Part shown: piece by piece, positions 1-14,717 of the stretch
How the letters are laid out: each line of letters begins with the position of its first letter
Numbering within the stretch: position 1 is the first letter of the stretch
Assembly (NCBI RefSeq): GCF_024521635.1
Contig: NW_026250443.1
Span: 62,001-126,000 of the forward strand
Direction: 5' to 3'
Length of the DNA stretch: 64,000 nucleotides
Source of the DNA: Tricharina praecox
Taxonomy: Eukaryota
Translations under genes and position numbers: made by a program
Notes under the pieces: generated by a model
What the model was told of the DNA's origin: nothing
Databases searched by the model: none
The model's input: the letters and a program-made list of their open reading frames with translations, nothing else

Positions 1-1122
1 GCCCTAACTTGACTCTCGACGAGCTGGAGTCGGCTTTCCGCACCCAGGAATTCCGCTACTACCTGTACGCCTTGACCATGGACGTCACCTACGACAAGTG
101 CCTGGTCGGTATTCACGGTCAGAAGGATGCCAAGTACCTCTGGTCTCTGAACAAGAGTGCTCGCCCCCGTCGGTCCAAGGCCATCGCTCACCGCTTGGCT
201 GCGACTCCCGAGGAGAATCTCGAGCGCCTCAAGTACGCCGGTACTCTTGAGGATGAGGTCGGACCTTTCTGTCACCAGTGCAAGGGTATGAATACTTCGG
301 TGCCTGCCATCGATGGATTAAGACTGACCCGTGAACAGAGAAGGGCCACTGGCGTACCGCCTGCGCGGCCGAAGTTCCCGAGGACGCAATGACGAAGAAA
401 CAGGTTATTCTCCAGTGTACTAACTGCCTGGGTCTCGATCACCGCCTGCGTGACTGCCCACTGCCTCGCAAGAACTGGGATGCTTGCAGGAACTGCGGAC
501 AGGAGGGTCACCGCTCTACCGAGTGCGAGAACCCCCGTGTTGCCAGCGCGGATACCGAGTGTCGTTCGTGCGGCGGCAAGGGTCATTTCTCCAAGGAGTG
601 CCCTACCCGTGCTCCCCAGGAGTGCTTCAACTGCGGGTGAGTGACGTTGTTTACGTTCTGGTGGAAGCATTCCATTCGCTGACGATTTGACAGACAGGAG
701 GGTCACCGCAACACCGACTGCACGAACGAGAAGGTCATTAAGTGCAGGAACTGCGACGAGCGTGGTCACCACGCCAAGGAGTGCCCTAAGCCCAAAGACG
801 TCACTCGCATCAAGTGCAACAACTGCAACGAGAGTGAGTATCGCCTACTCCGTTGCGATGGAACGATCGTTCGCTGACATTTACAGTGGGTCACTTCTCT
901 CGCAACTGCACCAATCCGCCCGCGCCGGAGCCTGAGCCCGAAGCTGAGGAGGTCGTTTACGGTGCCCCCAAGACTTCGTCCTCCAGCGTCGAGCCGGTGC
1001 CCGTGGCTGCTTGGGACTCTGCCAAACCCGCTGCTCCTGCCGCTTCTTGGGACTCTACCGAACCCGCTGCTCCTGCCGCTGCCGGTTGGGGTGCTGAGGA
1101 GGCGACCTCCAGCGTCTGGTAA
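1..1122 (+). CDS. CCHC zinc-knuckle nucleic-acid-binding protein, 5' truncated by the window edge
   Basis: Splicing GT-AG introns 286-338, 637-693 and 834-886 gives one frame with seven CX2CX4HX4C knuckles (CHQCKEKGHWRTAC, CTNCLGLDHRLRDC, CRNCGQEGHRSTEC, CRSCGGKGHFSKEC, CFNCGQEGHRNTDC, CRNCDERGHHAKEC, CNNCNEMGHFSRNC); stop at 1120-1122. Confidence 0.9.
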
Positions 1123-2004
1123 ACAGCGCAAAAATCGTCAACTGTCAATTGTCAGAACACCCTTCTCCACGCAAAGGTAGCGAGCATGTGTTGTTTTCTT
1201 TGTTTTCGTCAAGTTTGGGAACGGTGTTTTGATTTGGGTTCGGTTTAAAATAAATGGGGGGTGTCATGCGATCATGCGAGCACTTTAGTTTCTTCATTTC
1301 TGAACATAGATGGTGTATTACTTTTCGAATAGACTGTTGATCTCTTCGAATACCCTCGTAGACTGTTGGGAGATGATCTTGATGGTGATTGTACGTCTTT
1401 GTAGTGCGCGAGGGTGACTTGATCAATGGCTCCGGCAATGTAGGCAGAGATCAACCACCATAACGGATCAATTACTGGATGCCACTGGATTTATCGCCAG
1501 TCCGTCCGTCAAATGTCATGTCCACTCACTCGTGCCCAATCGCTCTGCCAAGACTGGTAACGGTCTCCGAATCTTAATTTTATTACGTAACACGACCGCA
1601 TTCTTACTGCCCAGCTGTCACTGCCAGTCAGTACTTTTTTCCATTCAAATCCAAGAACCTTCGCTTCCCAGGCTCAAGCCACACTTCCTCGCCACAATTA
1701 GTCAGGTCCATTCAGACTCTTGAGTCTTAGCGCTTATCCCACATGAGCGACTACTTTGTATAAGATACGGTAGCCGAGCTCATGATCTGACATAGGTAAA
1801 TTCGATGGTGTCAGGAGGGGTGCAACCACCACTTTAATTAACACCCCTACACGACGACGAGGCGGTCAACGACCGACCGAACGACCGACCGACCGACCGA
1901 CCGACCGCTAACCAACTGCTCCCCCGCCCCTCGCCCCCACCAACGTTCACCACGCCACCGCGCAACCCACAAAAACCCACGACTCCAGTTCACCCCACGG
2001 TGTG

Positions 2005-4570
<2,566 letters not shown>

Positions 4571-4827
4571 TATTTTATCTTATCTGGCGGGGAGATTGGG
4601 GGTGTAATATTTGCTTTGCTTTGCTTTTTTTTTTGTTGGGCTGGGCTGGAAGGGCTGGAGGGGGCAGTGCGATGAAGAGATGATCAGATGAATTTCACGT
4701 TGCGTTTTTGTTTTGTTTTGCTTGATGAAGTGTGTGTTGTTACAATTACCATTTTACTTGTATGCCACCACAGTGCCCTTGATCTCGCACCTATCCAGCA
4801 CCTATCCAGTGATACTAATACATCAAC

Positions 4828-7130
4828 TCATGACATGATCAACGACCCGCCCGCGCTCCCCACGACTTCCTCCCAACTAACCTCGCGGCCCACATACTCT
4901 CCGGCATCCATCCTCGCCCAATGCACGCGCACCGCCTCATGCGCATCAAATACATTCCCGAACCCAATGGACCTCTCCATGACCTCGAACCTGCTATCGA
5001 CGATATCTCTCTCCGCCGCGCCCAGCGCTCCAAACCCCGCCGCAAACACGGGGAAGATGAGCATACTCTCTACGAGGTCCCCAGGCGGAATCGTCTCGAG
5101 CGCGGCGAGAATATTCCGTACGGCCACCCTAACCTTGGGGTGTTTTACATCGGCGACATCGGCGGCAACCAGATGCAGCCGCATCAGCGCTGCCCACTGC
5201 AGCATTACTCCGGCGGCGGTGATCTTCCTTTCCAGGTGCGGGTCCCTCGTGACGCTGCTGCAGCGCGCGGGCGTCCACGACTGCAGCTGCAGCTCCAGTG
5301 TGCTCGCCAGCGTGTGGAAGTTCCGCGAGGTCGCGGCGCTGTGGTACCGGATGTGACGGACTTGTGCGAGTTGCGAGATGTCGGCGATTATTGCGAAGAG
5401 CAAGTGCGAAGTGCCGAATAGCGCGTGGGCTGGTAAAGACGGTGAGAGGAGGGGCGGGAGGTAGAATTGTTGGTCCAGGAACGCGGACTTGGAGGAGGAG
5501 AGGGTCGCGATTGCGTCGAAGTATGCGACGGCTTTAGGGGGTCAGTTACGGAGGGCGGGGGGCGGGGGGCGGGGGTGGCGTACTCTCGATTAAAAACCGC
5601 ACCTCGAGCGGATAACTCATCGGGCCGCCACGTTCATTAATGATCGTAACTGCAGCCTGGAGGTGCAGGGGCCACTTGCGACTCTTCCCCTCACAGACCT
5701 CCTGGAGGCAGAGGAATAGGACCGCAGCGAGACCCTCCATCGCAGCGTCCTGCGTGCCGCGCATGAGCAGCTGGTTCGCCAGCTTCAGCGCACGGTTCTG
5801 GTACTCCACCGCCGTCACCTCGAAGCTCGAGTGGATGCGCTTCAGGTGCGTCGCGGAGAGCCCGAGCAGGGCGCTGCGCATCGCCGGCTGCGCGAGCGCC
5901 ATCGGCACGAAGAGGGTGATGAACGCGTTTATCTCGTCCGGGACGACGGATAACGACCGGCTGACGACGTGTGTGTAGTGCTGGAGAAGGTGCTGCTCGT
6001 TCGACGTGCACCCGTTGTACAGGCTGAGGGGGGTCAGTTGCAGCCCCGGGCTAGAGGCGTGGTGGAGCGGCCGGCGGACGGCTGTGAGGGAGGTGCAGAC
6101 GGGTGTGCTGCTGCTGGTGGATGGGGTGCGCCGGTGCGCTGCCGACGGGCGCGGTGGCGGCGGCACCCGCTGGCACCCGAGGCCCAGACGGTTACAGTCG
6201 CCGCAGACGGGGAGGGCTTCGTCGCATTTCTTGCGTCTGGGAGGAATGGTCAGCCTCCAGTTCACCACGGCATCAGAGAGCAATACACACCTCTGCTTGC
6301 AAGTGATACACCCGGACCGGGTCCTCTGCACGCGCTTGATCCTGCACGCGGGCCTGCTGTGGTGTCTCTGCTGCCCGGCGGCGTCGGCGGCGGGGGAATC
6401 ACTCTCGCTTCCGGCACTAGACACATCCGCGGCGGAGACGACGTCGTTGTGCACCATCCCCACCACCACCGGCGGCGGGGCCACCACTTCCTGTTCCGCA
6501 GTCGCAACAGCAGCCGCAACAGCAGGCTTCTTTCGCGGCCGGCCCATGGGCTACATCTCCCCACACACAAAGGACTGCATTAGCCAAAGCTTCTTTTTTG
6601 TACACATGTATTGTGTTGGTTGGTTGGTTGGGTGCCTATGTATGATGGCATTGATGGGAATATATATCCTCCCGTCGCGCGCGCGCGGGCGGGAAGAAGC
6701 GACCGACCGACAGACCGACAGACACGTGGGGTGGTGGGGTCGGTCGGGGGATATATTTTTAAAAACTCTCCTGGGCGTCGGGCGATGTTCGGCGACGGAG
6801 GGTTTTCGCATAGACATCTCCTCTGGTGCAGTGGTGCTGGATATAAAGAAAGAAGGACTGTGGGAGAGGGTATAAAGTACCTTGTGGATCCGGGTGATTG
6901 CGCATGGTAATTCCAGTCCTTCCCGTCGCAGCACATCCATCAGCATCCACCACTCTTCGATATATCTATGGAGGATAGAGATGGTACTCACTGGCACACC
7001 GCGAACACGCGCCACCGCCGTCGACACGATCGCACACCTGCTTGATGGCGGCACAGCGATCACAGGCTTTCAGTTTCGGGGTCTGGGTCTGGGTGGTCTG
7101 GGTCTGGGTTGTGGTTGTTGTCGCCGCCAT
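4828..7130 (-). CDS. Zn(II)2Cys6 transcription factor with two binuclear clusters and a C-terminal fungal-specific TF (Fungal_trans_2-like) domain
   Basis: Exons 7130-6992, 6918-6881, 6550-6291, 6236-5584, 5531-4828. Cluster 1 CDRCAAIKQVCDRVDGGGACSRCARLELPC; cluster 2 SRSG-type [33 protein letters not shown]; C-terminal LLQHY...LLGLSATH...WPLHLQAA...LIFPVFAAG motifs. Confidence 0.85.
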
Positions 7131-7940
7131 TCTTCTTCTTCTTGCCGTCGCGAAAAAAACTAACAGATTCTTTTGGTTGTCGAAAAGTCGCCGCGAGGAG
7201 ACGAGATGAGCTGAGGTGATGCTGACCTGATTGATTGATGATCTGCCCAGTCCTGTCCTGTCCTGTCCTGTCCTGCTCTGCCAGCTGCCTGCCTGCCTGC
7301 CTGCCCGCTGCTTTTTAGAGGAAAAAGTATGTCCCGACTATGGCCCAACTCAAACTCGAACGTAACTCCCCGCGGATGTGCCGTGAAGGCCTTCTAGCTA
7401 AGTTAACTAATGGCCCACTCACTCACTCAGGGCTGGCCTGCCTGCGCGTTGCATTGGGCCATTGCTTCCCCGTAGGCAGAGTAGGGGGAGTAGGCCGTTG
7501 GGGGCCGAGGGGGGGGAAGTTTTTGCTGTTAGCGGTTAGCGCGTGGTGATAAGCTCTGCACTCGCCGGCCACGAGGGGGGGAAAGGCTCGGGGATGGCCG
7601 TGATGGTGGTGGTGGTGATGGTGTTGGGATGGAGGGCCGGTGTTCACGAAAGCCAGGACATAGGGTACTCTACCTGTGAAGGCCGGTACCGGTGCACATG
7701 AGGCCGTTTCGAAGAGTCCTCCTCGTGCACCACTCGGCCTCTCCTGCCATCTTCCCCCGATTGTCCCCCGAGTCCCGACACCTTCACCCGTCCATCTCCA
7801 TCGCCACCTTCCCTACTCTAGCCTCGCAAGCCTCGCAACAGGGCTGAACACAAGCATCCGACACATTCCAAACCCACAGTCCACTCGCCCTTAGCACTCG
7901 CCTAATCCCTCGGCAAGCCCATCCCATCCCTTCCCATCCC

Positions 7941-8038
7941 GAAAAGAAAAGAAAAGAAAAGAAAAGAAAAGAAAAGAAAAGAAAAGAAAAGAAAAGAAAA
8001 GAAAAGAAAAGAAAAGAAAAGAAAGAAAGAACAGAAAA
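7941..8038. repeat. (GAAAA)n pentanucleotide microsatellite
   Basis: About 16 perfect GAAAA units followed by degenerate units. Confidence 0.97.
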
Positions 8039-8812
8039 CGGCTTCCCTTCCCTTCCGGTTTGCAGTCTTGCTTGCCGAAACCAGAACCATAATCCGAATT
8101 CCATAAATATTACGCAATCCGCCGCGCCGGTCCCCGGCCTCCGGCCCTTCGGCGGGTTGAACAAACTTGAACTTTGAAGAGTAAGAGCATGCACGCATCG
8201 GCCCACTTTCAAAGACAAAAGTTCCCGTCGCGTCGGTCGGTGACACCCATACGGTACTCTAGGTAACCACCCCCTGGAGGTTCGGGGTGTTATGTAAGGC
8301 TGTACTCTACATGATGAACAGGTACCGCCTGCTCGGGAGTCGGTGCCGCTGTGTACATACTGGGTACATGACTAAAAGGTGTGCGCGTGGAAGTGGTAGG
8401 CGACGGTGCGGGTTCGGGTTCGGCGATTGATACCGAAGGCCGGTGGGCACTGGGTGACTGAGGAGTCAGCCGTATGGAGATACGGGGGCCGATGAGCGAG
8501 GCTGGGTGCGGTGACACGGTACTGGTAGTGTACACGGCAACTACACCATCTACATACGGCACGGATCACCCGTCAACGTCCTGACCCAAAATGTGCAACG
8601 AGCGAGTCAGCGCGACTTGCGACACGTGACATATCCCGTGCACTCTCTTGTCTGGTCTCGTCTCTCGTCTCCCGTGAACGTGAGGTGAGTATCCGTAGAG
8701 TACTAGTATAAGTGTATCCCATGCACCCATCCATCTATTATCATATCATACACTCCCCCCGCCTCCCCCCCCCATCTCCCCCACCACCCCCTTTCTCCTA
8801 ATCATCTTGAGC

Positions 8813-9529
8813 TCAATCCAATTTCTTCCCCGCCTTCCCCGCCGCCTTCCCCGCCTTCTCAAGCGTACTCCTCACCGCGCCCTTCCGTCCAATATCCCAG
8901 CCCCACCCGCGCAGGGTCTTGACAACCTTTGGCGTCACCGCGGCCGTCAGCGGCACGCGCACAAAAATGAAGCTCTTGTGTATCGCGTAGGCGAGCGCCA
9001 GCTCCGTCCAGATGCCTGCGTGGTGCACTATCATCAGCCCTTGCCCCACCCCCCTCCCCACCCCCACCAAGCATCAAGCAAAAGAAGGGAGTAACTTACT
9101 AGCCGCCCCCCTCCCCCCCTCTCCCTCTGCCTCCCTCAGTTCCTCCAGCTCCCCCTCCCCCCTCCCCTTACGCCAAACCGGCAACCCGGCCACAGGCGCA
9201 GCAACATTCCACCACCCCCTAGCGTGCGCCACAACTACCTCCTCGTACTCGCCGATGCGCTCGGAGCCGATCGTGCGCACGGCCAGGAAACAGAACGGGA
9301 AGTCCAGTGCGGAGAGTGCGAGGTATACGCCCAGGGCGGAGTAGCCGTATTCTTTCGAGAGGGACTTGAGGCGGGCGGAGAGCGTGGGTTTCGAGGCGGG
9401 TGGGGGCGGGGGTGCGCTGGGGCGGGGGGTGGTGTGCGAGAAGGGGCGGCGAGGGGTGGTGATGGGGCGCCGTGGTGTAAGTATGTGCGCTGTGCGGAAT
9501 AGAGGCCGCGGGAAGAGGCGGGCAGACAT
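8813..9529 (-). CDS. NAT2: NAT2/FAM210-like (DUF1279) mitochondrial membrane protein
   Basis: Arg-rich presequence; RLKSLSKEYGYSALGVYLALSALDFPFCFLAVR and SIWTELALAYAIHKSFIFVRVPLTAAVTPKVV joined by intron 9016-9099. Confidence 0.88.
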
Positions 9530-10400
9530 TGCGGCGGGGTGTGGTCTGCGGTGCTGGGTGAGCTTGCGGGCGGTGGGCGGTGAGCAGTGGGGTCGCGGAG
9601 AAGGACGGGACGGGCCGGGGGTGCCGGGTGCGTGGTGCGTGGTGCCGGGTAAACGGTGGTGGTGATGGTGATGGTGATGGTGATTCGGCGGTGCGGGATG
9701 CTGCTGCTGATGATGATGACGGGGATGATGTGAGGTGGTGGATGGTGATGGAGTTATACATAAGTACCTACGGTGCTCGGGTACCTCCGGTGGCGCGTGT
9801 CAGCCGTTGGGATGGGTACTAGTTACTCTAGATGTTGGGAATTTGGGATAGGTAGATGTTGAGTAAACACCTGGCAGCAACTGCTCGCATACGTACCGAA
9901 CCTAGATGGTATCTATGAGGTAGTTGTGGCTGCTGCTGCGCCCCCGCACGCTGGCCGCACTTTTGGGCAACTAGTAGCCAGCTCAAGCGGCAATCTCCAG
10001 CGAGTCTGCGATATTTGCCCCTCCAGTCTCGACTCCCACTCCCAGTCTCGACTCCCACTCCCAGTCCCGGGCGGACACGAAGAAATACCGGTACCGGCGC
10101 CGGAAAAAACTCGGGTGCGGCTCCGCTCACGTTACTCGCACTAATCAGTACAACACCACCACGCCCCGCCTACGTCAGCAGAACCTCACCCACCGTCCAC
10201 CGTCCACCGTCCACCGTCCACCGTCCACGCCCAACAAACAGCAACAGCAGACGAAACAACACACTGCCCCTACGACCACGACCACGACCAGCACCAGCAC
10301 TAGCACCACCAGCAGCAGCACCAGCAGCATATCTCTCCCACGCACACACGCACAACCATCCGCCAGCCCTTCCGCCGCCGCCGCAGCCGCCGCAACCCCA

Positions 10401-11152
10401 ATGCCCTCCAAAAACATCATCGGCACGCCTCTGAAAAAGCTCTGGTACACATGGCGGTCCCACCGGTTCCCATGGCGGAAGACCTACTTCATCGGTCTGC
10501 TCTCTCCCTCTTCCCCTGCTCCCTCCCCCCCCTCCCCTCTTCCCCGCTAACCCCCTCCCTAGGAATGGACCTCAGCGGCAACACATTCTGGGAATACCGC
10601 GACCGGCTAGCCGCGCACCGTCCGCGTCGGAGCGTAACCTTCTCCGACCCCAATCTCGACTGGGTAGACTACGCCTCTGCCGTCTCTCCAGCATGGCACC
10701 AATGGCTTCGGGCGACGCGGGTATCCGCGCCCACAATCGAGGAGCAGCGCGAGGATACGCGGCGCCAGGAGGTGCTGGCGGTTAATGCGGCCCGCGCCGA
10801 TGCACGCTGGGAGGCAATGCCGAGTCTGGTTAATGCCCCGCCGCATCCGCCGAGGGACTCTGTCATTGAGAGTAATACTAAGTTTGCGAATGATTCGGGG
10901 TTGCAGAGGCCTGGGGGTGGGGGTGGCGGGCAGGGCGTGGGGAGGGGGGAGGTCGGCGCGGAGGTGGGAGGGAAGGATATCGAGGGACACAGGGAGGCGG
11001 GGGAAAAGGCAAGTAGCCCGCATGGGTTGAGGGGAGATAAGGATCCGTGGGCGGAGGCGGAGATCGGCAGGGCTAGGGGGTTTAAGCAGGGCGAGTGGGA
11101 TCCGAATGCCAATCTACCCCGCGTTAGGAGTCGCGGGAGGAGTGATAGGTAG
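10401..11152 (+). CDS. NDUFA12-family protein, probably the complex I assembly factor (NDUFAF2-like paralogue)
   Basis: ATG 10401, intron 10495-10562; spliced WYTWRSHRFPWRKTYFIGMDLSGNTFWEY...RPRRSV...VSPAWHQWLRATRVSAPTIEEQ. Confidence 0.85.
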
Positions 11153-12941
11153 GTGATGAGTGAGTGAACTGTCGCCTACCGACTCACTCACTCACTCACT
11201 CACTCACATACCGAGCGGAGAGGGAGGGAGGGCGGGCGGGATGTATGTATTGTACACTATGTATGTAGGTAACCAGGTATCAATGTGTAGTATCCAGTCG
11301 TGTAGTAAACAGGTATCCACTGGATGCAGAACACCCATCGAGGCGTGTATGTGGGTAAATATGGGTAGGTAAGCAGGTATCAATGTATTGTGCTCGTAGA
11401 GCGCCAAGGCGTGTATGTAAGCAAGCAGGTCTCCCTCAATGCTCATACTTTGCATGTAGAGTATCCAGGCGTGTAAGCAACTATAGTACCGGGATTAGCC
11501 AATCGACGGGTATTCCGCATTCCAAGCGCCGCTTCCACCTCGGCGGGATATCATGCCGAGTCGAGACCCCTCCCCTCCCCTCCCCTCCCCTCCCCTCCCC
11601 CTCTACTCTAGAGTCTTGGGGGTTAGTCAACGAGGGTGAAACACTGAAAAGGCCCCCGGGTTTCATTCATTCACTCATCCATTCGTTCACATGTGTATCT
11701 ATACATATGCGAGTGACGCCAAGTGCTGGTGACGCAGTGACTGGTCCGGTGCGCAGAGATGTGATGTGATTGCGGAATCCCCAGTTGCAGACAGACGATA
11801 TACATAGCTGACTGGGTACGGTAGGTACGGTATCTATCGACACAATAAACGAACCCGGACCCACCCCAATCCACCCCGCCTGCCATGCCATGCCATGCCA
11901 CCTTACATACCACTCTGTGCCCCGCCCCACGTTCTCTACTGGGGGTAGTGGAGGGGATGGTGGTGTGGAGGGGGAGGGGGAGGGGGACGGGGAGGGGAGT
12001 GTAGATATACCTAGCATTCGTATGTACTGTAAGCGAAGCGAGAGAGGGGAACGGGAATGGGAATGGGAAAGGGAATGGGAGGATTCGTAAGCTACAGTAT
12101 ATACGGGGCGGGTGTTGGAAATTCGCGGTGATGACGGTGGGTGAGGTATCGTGTTCGTGATTTGAAGGCCAACGGAGTTTCCCGTACCATATGTACTTGT
12201 GCACTACGGCCTCGCGTATCTAGTCGTAGTCGTGTTTATGTAGTCGTAGTCGTAGTCGTACTCGAAATCGTGTACGTACGATTTCGAGCTGTAGGTAGGC
12301 ACCGTACAGTATCTACAGACTCTCGCAACGAGTGGAGTACGGTAAAGCAATGCCCAGGAAGTTGGGCGTCAAAACATCCACCTCCAGATATCCCAGTCTT
12401 CTGTCGAACACCACCTGACAAACCCCCACCACCACTGTCCCCCGTCCCCCGTCCACCCCTCCACCACCACAACCACACCGCTCCCACTCCCCCGCACTCC
12501 TGATGAGTAACTGAGAATACAGTACAGTACGGTACAGTCCAAGCCGCTGCCGTTGCTGCTGCACAAATGCCTACCCATGATACCATCCCATAATTATCCC
12601 ATGATACCATCCCATACATGACATACCCACCATACCCACCATGCCATACATGCCATACAGACAAAACCCCCTCCCTCCTCCGGCGGCACAGTGCTATATC
12701 CGCTCCGATCTCCGATTCGACTCATCGGCATGACGGCGTGCCGGTATTACCGCTGGCCTTGCTCCTCTCGTGCTCTCTCTCGGAGAGCATTTATCATCCC
12801 CCTCCTCCCCTCCTCCCCTCCCCTCCCCTCTCCGCCCCGCCCTCCCACACACCCTCCCACTCACCCATTCACCCCACCATCCTCCTGCTCCTCCTACCAT
12901 TGCCCTCCTCACGATACGATAAACACACAAAGAAAGCGACA

Positions 12942-13091
12942 ATGCTCCTCCTAACACAACTACAAAACCCGGTCCTGGTGGTCTACAGCGTATTCATCGC
13001 CTCGCTGGCGGCGCTGTCGCTGCTGTGCGCCGCTGCGAAAAAGCTCGGCGAGGACTTGAAGATTAAGCCGCCGGCGTCGAATCGCGTATGA
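12942..13091 (+). CDS. candidate 49-aa single-pass membrane microprotein
   Basis: ACAATG start context, coding-like GC3 within low-complexity DNA, hydrophobic VLVVYSVFIASLAALSLLCAAA then a basic tail. Confidence 0.35.
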   Translation: MLLLTQLQNPVLVVYSVFIASLAALSLLCAAAKKLGEDLKIKPPASNRV

Positions 13092-13299
13092 ACTGAAGAG
13101 GTACGCATATGAGCTGCAGAATGCAAAAAGAAAGAAAGAAGGGTGCCACGCGAGGGATGGAGTGCTGACAAATTGGATTGCTGGCGGACAGACAGACAGG
13201 CGGAGTTCTTGCTCCGACTTCCGAGAGCGAAAATTCGGTATCGCGGATGGTACAAGGACGGCTTAATAATGTGTTTCCTCGAATCTTCGGTTCTTCTTC

Positions 13300-13440
13300 A
13301 ACGACAATGGCGACAACGACGACAACGATAGTAACGACAACAACGGCGACAACGGCAATAACAACGCCGGCGACGGCAATAAAACAACGGCGACAACAGC
13401 GGCAACAACGGCGACAACGGCGACGACGGCGACGACGGCC
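13300..13440. repeat. (ACA/ACG/GCG)-type trinucleotide low-complexity repeat
   Basis: Tandem acgacaacggcgacaacg units. Confidence 0.85.
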
Positions 13441-13881
13441 CTTCCTTTCCCTCTCTCCCGGCTGTTTGTTCACCCACCACCACCGACACCACTTATCCGC
13501 ACACACTCCACTCGACTCCACTCCCTACCGGACAGAAACTCCACACGAGAAAATCCTCGCCAGAACGTCGTCGCCATGTACACCGGTACTCTGCAACTCT
13601 GCAACTCTACAGCAGTGACGTCGCGATCGCGCAGATAGTATTCCTAAAGCGGCCTAGCTAGTAGTTTTTACCACCCGGCAGGCAGGCAGCCCAGCGTTCG
13701 CTCGTTCGTTCGTTCGTTTTTTCGGCAGCGTCGGCAGTGTCGGCACGCTGATGTGTAAGCACCACCACGAAGTGCGCTAGAGTACCGGTGGAAATCGCCC
13801 ACCACGAAAAGCACCACCACCATCGTGCAGTGCGCTAGGAATTAGAAATCGACGGGGCTCTATGTAGAAGACCGGATTCTG

Positions 13882-13935
13882 GGGATTTTCGGATTTTCGG
13901 ATTTTCGGATTTTCGGATTTTCGGATTTTCGAGAT
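13882..13935. repeat. (GGATTTTC)n octanucleotide tandem repeat
   Basis: About six consecutive GGATTTTC units. Confidence 0.9.
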
Positions 13936-14717
13936 TTAGGGATTTTGGGGAATACGTGCACGTGCGTGACTGCGAGTGGACTGGAAGGCGAGTGGGCTGG
14001 AAGGCGAATGAATGCACAGGAAGGAAGGAAGGCGCAAGGCGGTGCGAGAGAAGTTCGCAATACGGGCGGGGGGATGTAGATGGAGGTGCAACAGATGCAG
14101 GTTCACCGGGGGCGGGGGCGGGCTCGATGATTCCCTACATACATAACGACGAGCGTGTGTATGTATTTACATAACTTGTGCTTGCTCTCTGCTTGCTCTC
14201 TGGAAGGATGGATGGATGGAGCAATTCCCGTCACTGTCACTGTCAGATAAAATACCCTGTTCGGGCATAACTACAAGTCTACATACAACTGTGGACGGAG
14301 GCACTTTGTGGGGTGGGGGTCTCGCTCTTTCACTCGCTCCTTTTGGCTGCTGCTATGTAGTACTTCGGCTATATCCATCCCCTCCACCCATCCTCCCGCT
14401 TAATTATGCGGGCTTTTACCGCACACACCTACCGCACACACTCTATGTACATACAAGCTCTCCAAGCTCGCTCGCGCGCTCCGGTCCAGTCCAGTCCTGA
14501 TTTTTCTTCTTTCCTGTCTGTCTATGGATCTGCCTCTTTGAGTCACAGCCCGCCCGGGTCCGGGAAATAAAAGCGAAGACTTGGACTGGGGAATGGAGGA
14601 TAGTTAGCTGGAAATGTCGAAGCTTCTTCTAACCTCACTCCCTTGAACCTTCATCCACGAGAATTTCAAAAAGCTGCTGAGCTGAGCGGCGTTGCCTATT
14701 GATTGATTTGCCACACG

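Noticed and set aside
11160..14600. Many 60-180-aa ORFs in the ORF track
   Set aside because: Products of microsatellite and low-complexity sequence; long antisense ORFs over GC-rich genes elsewhere were rejected as shadow frames.
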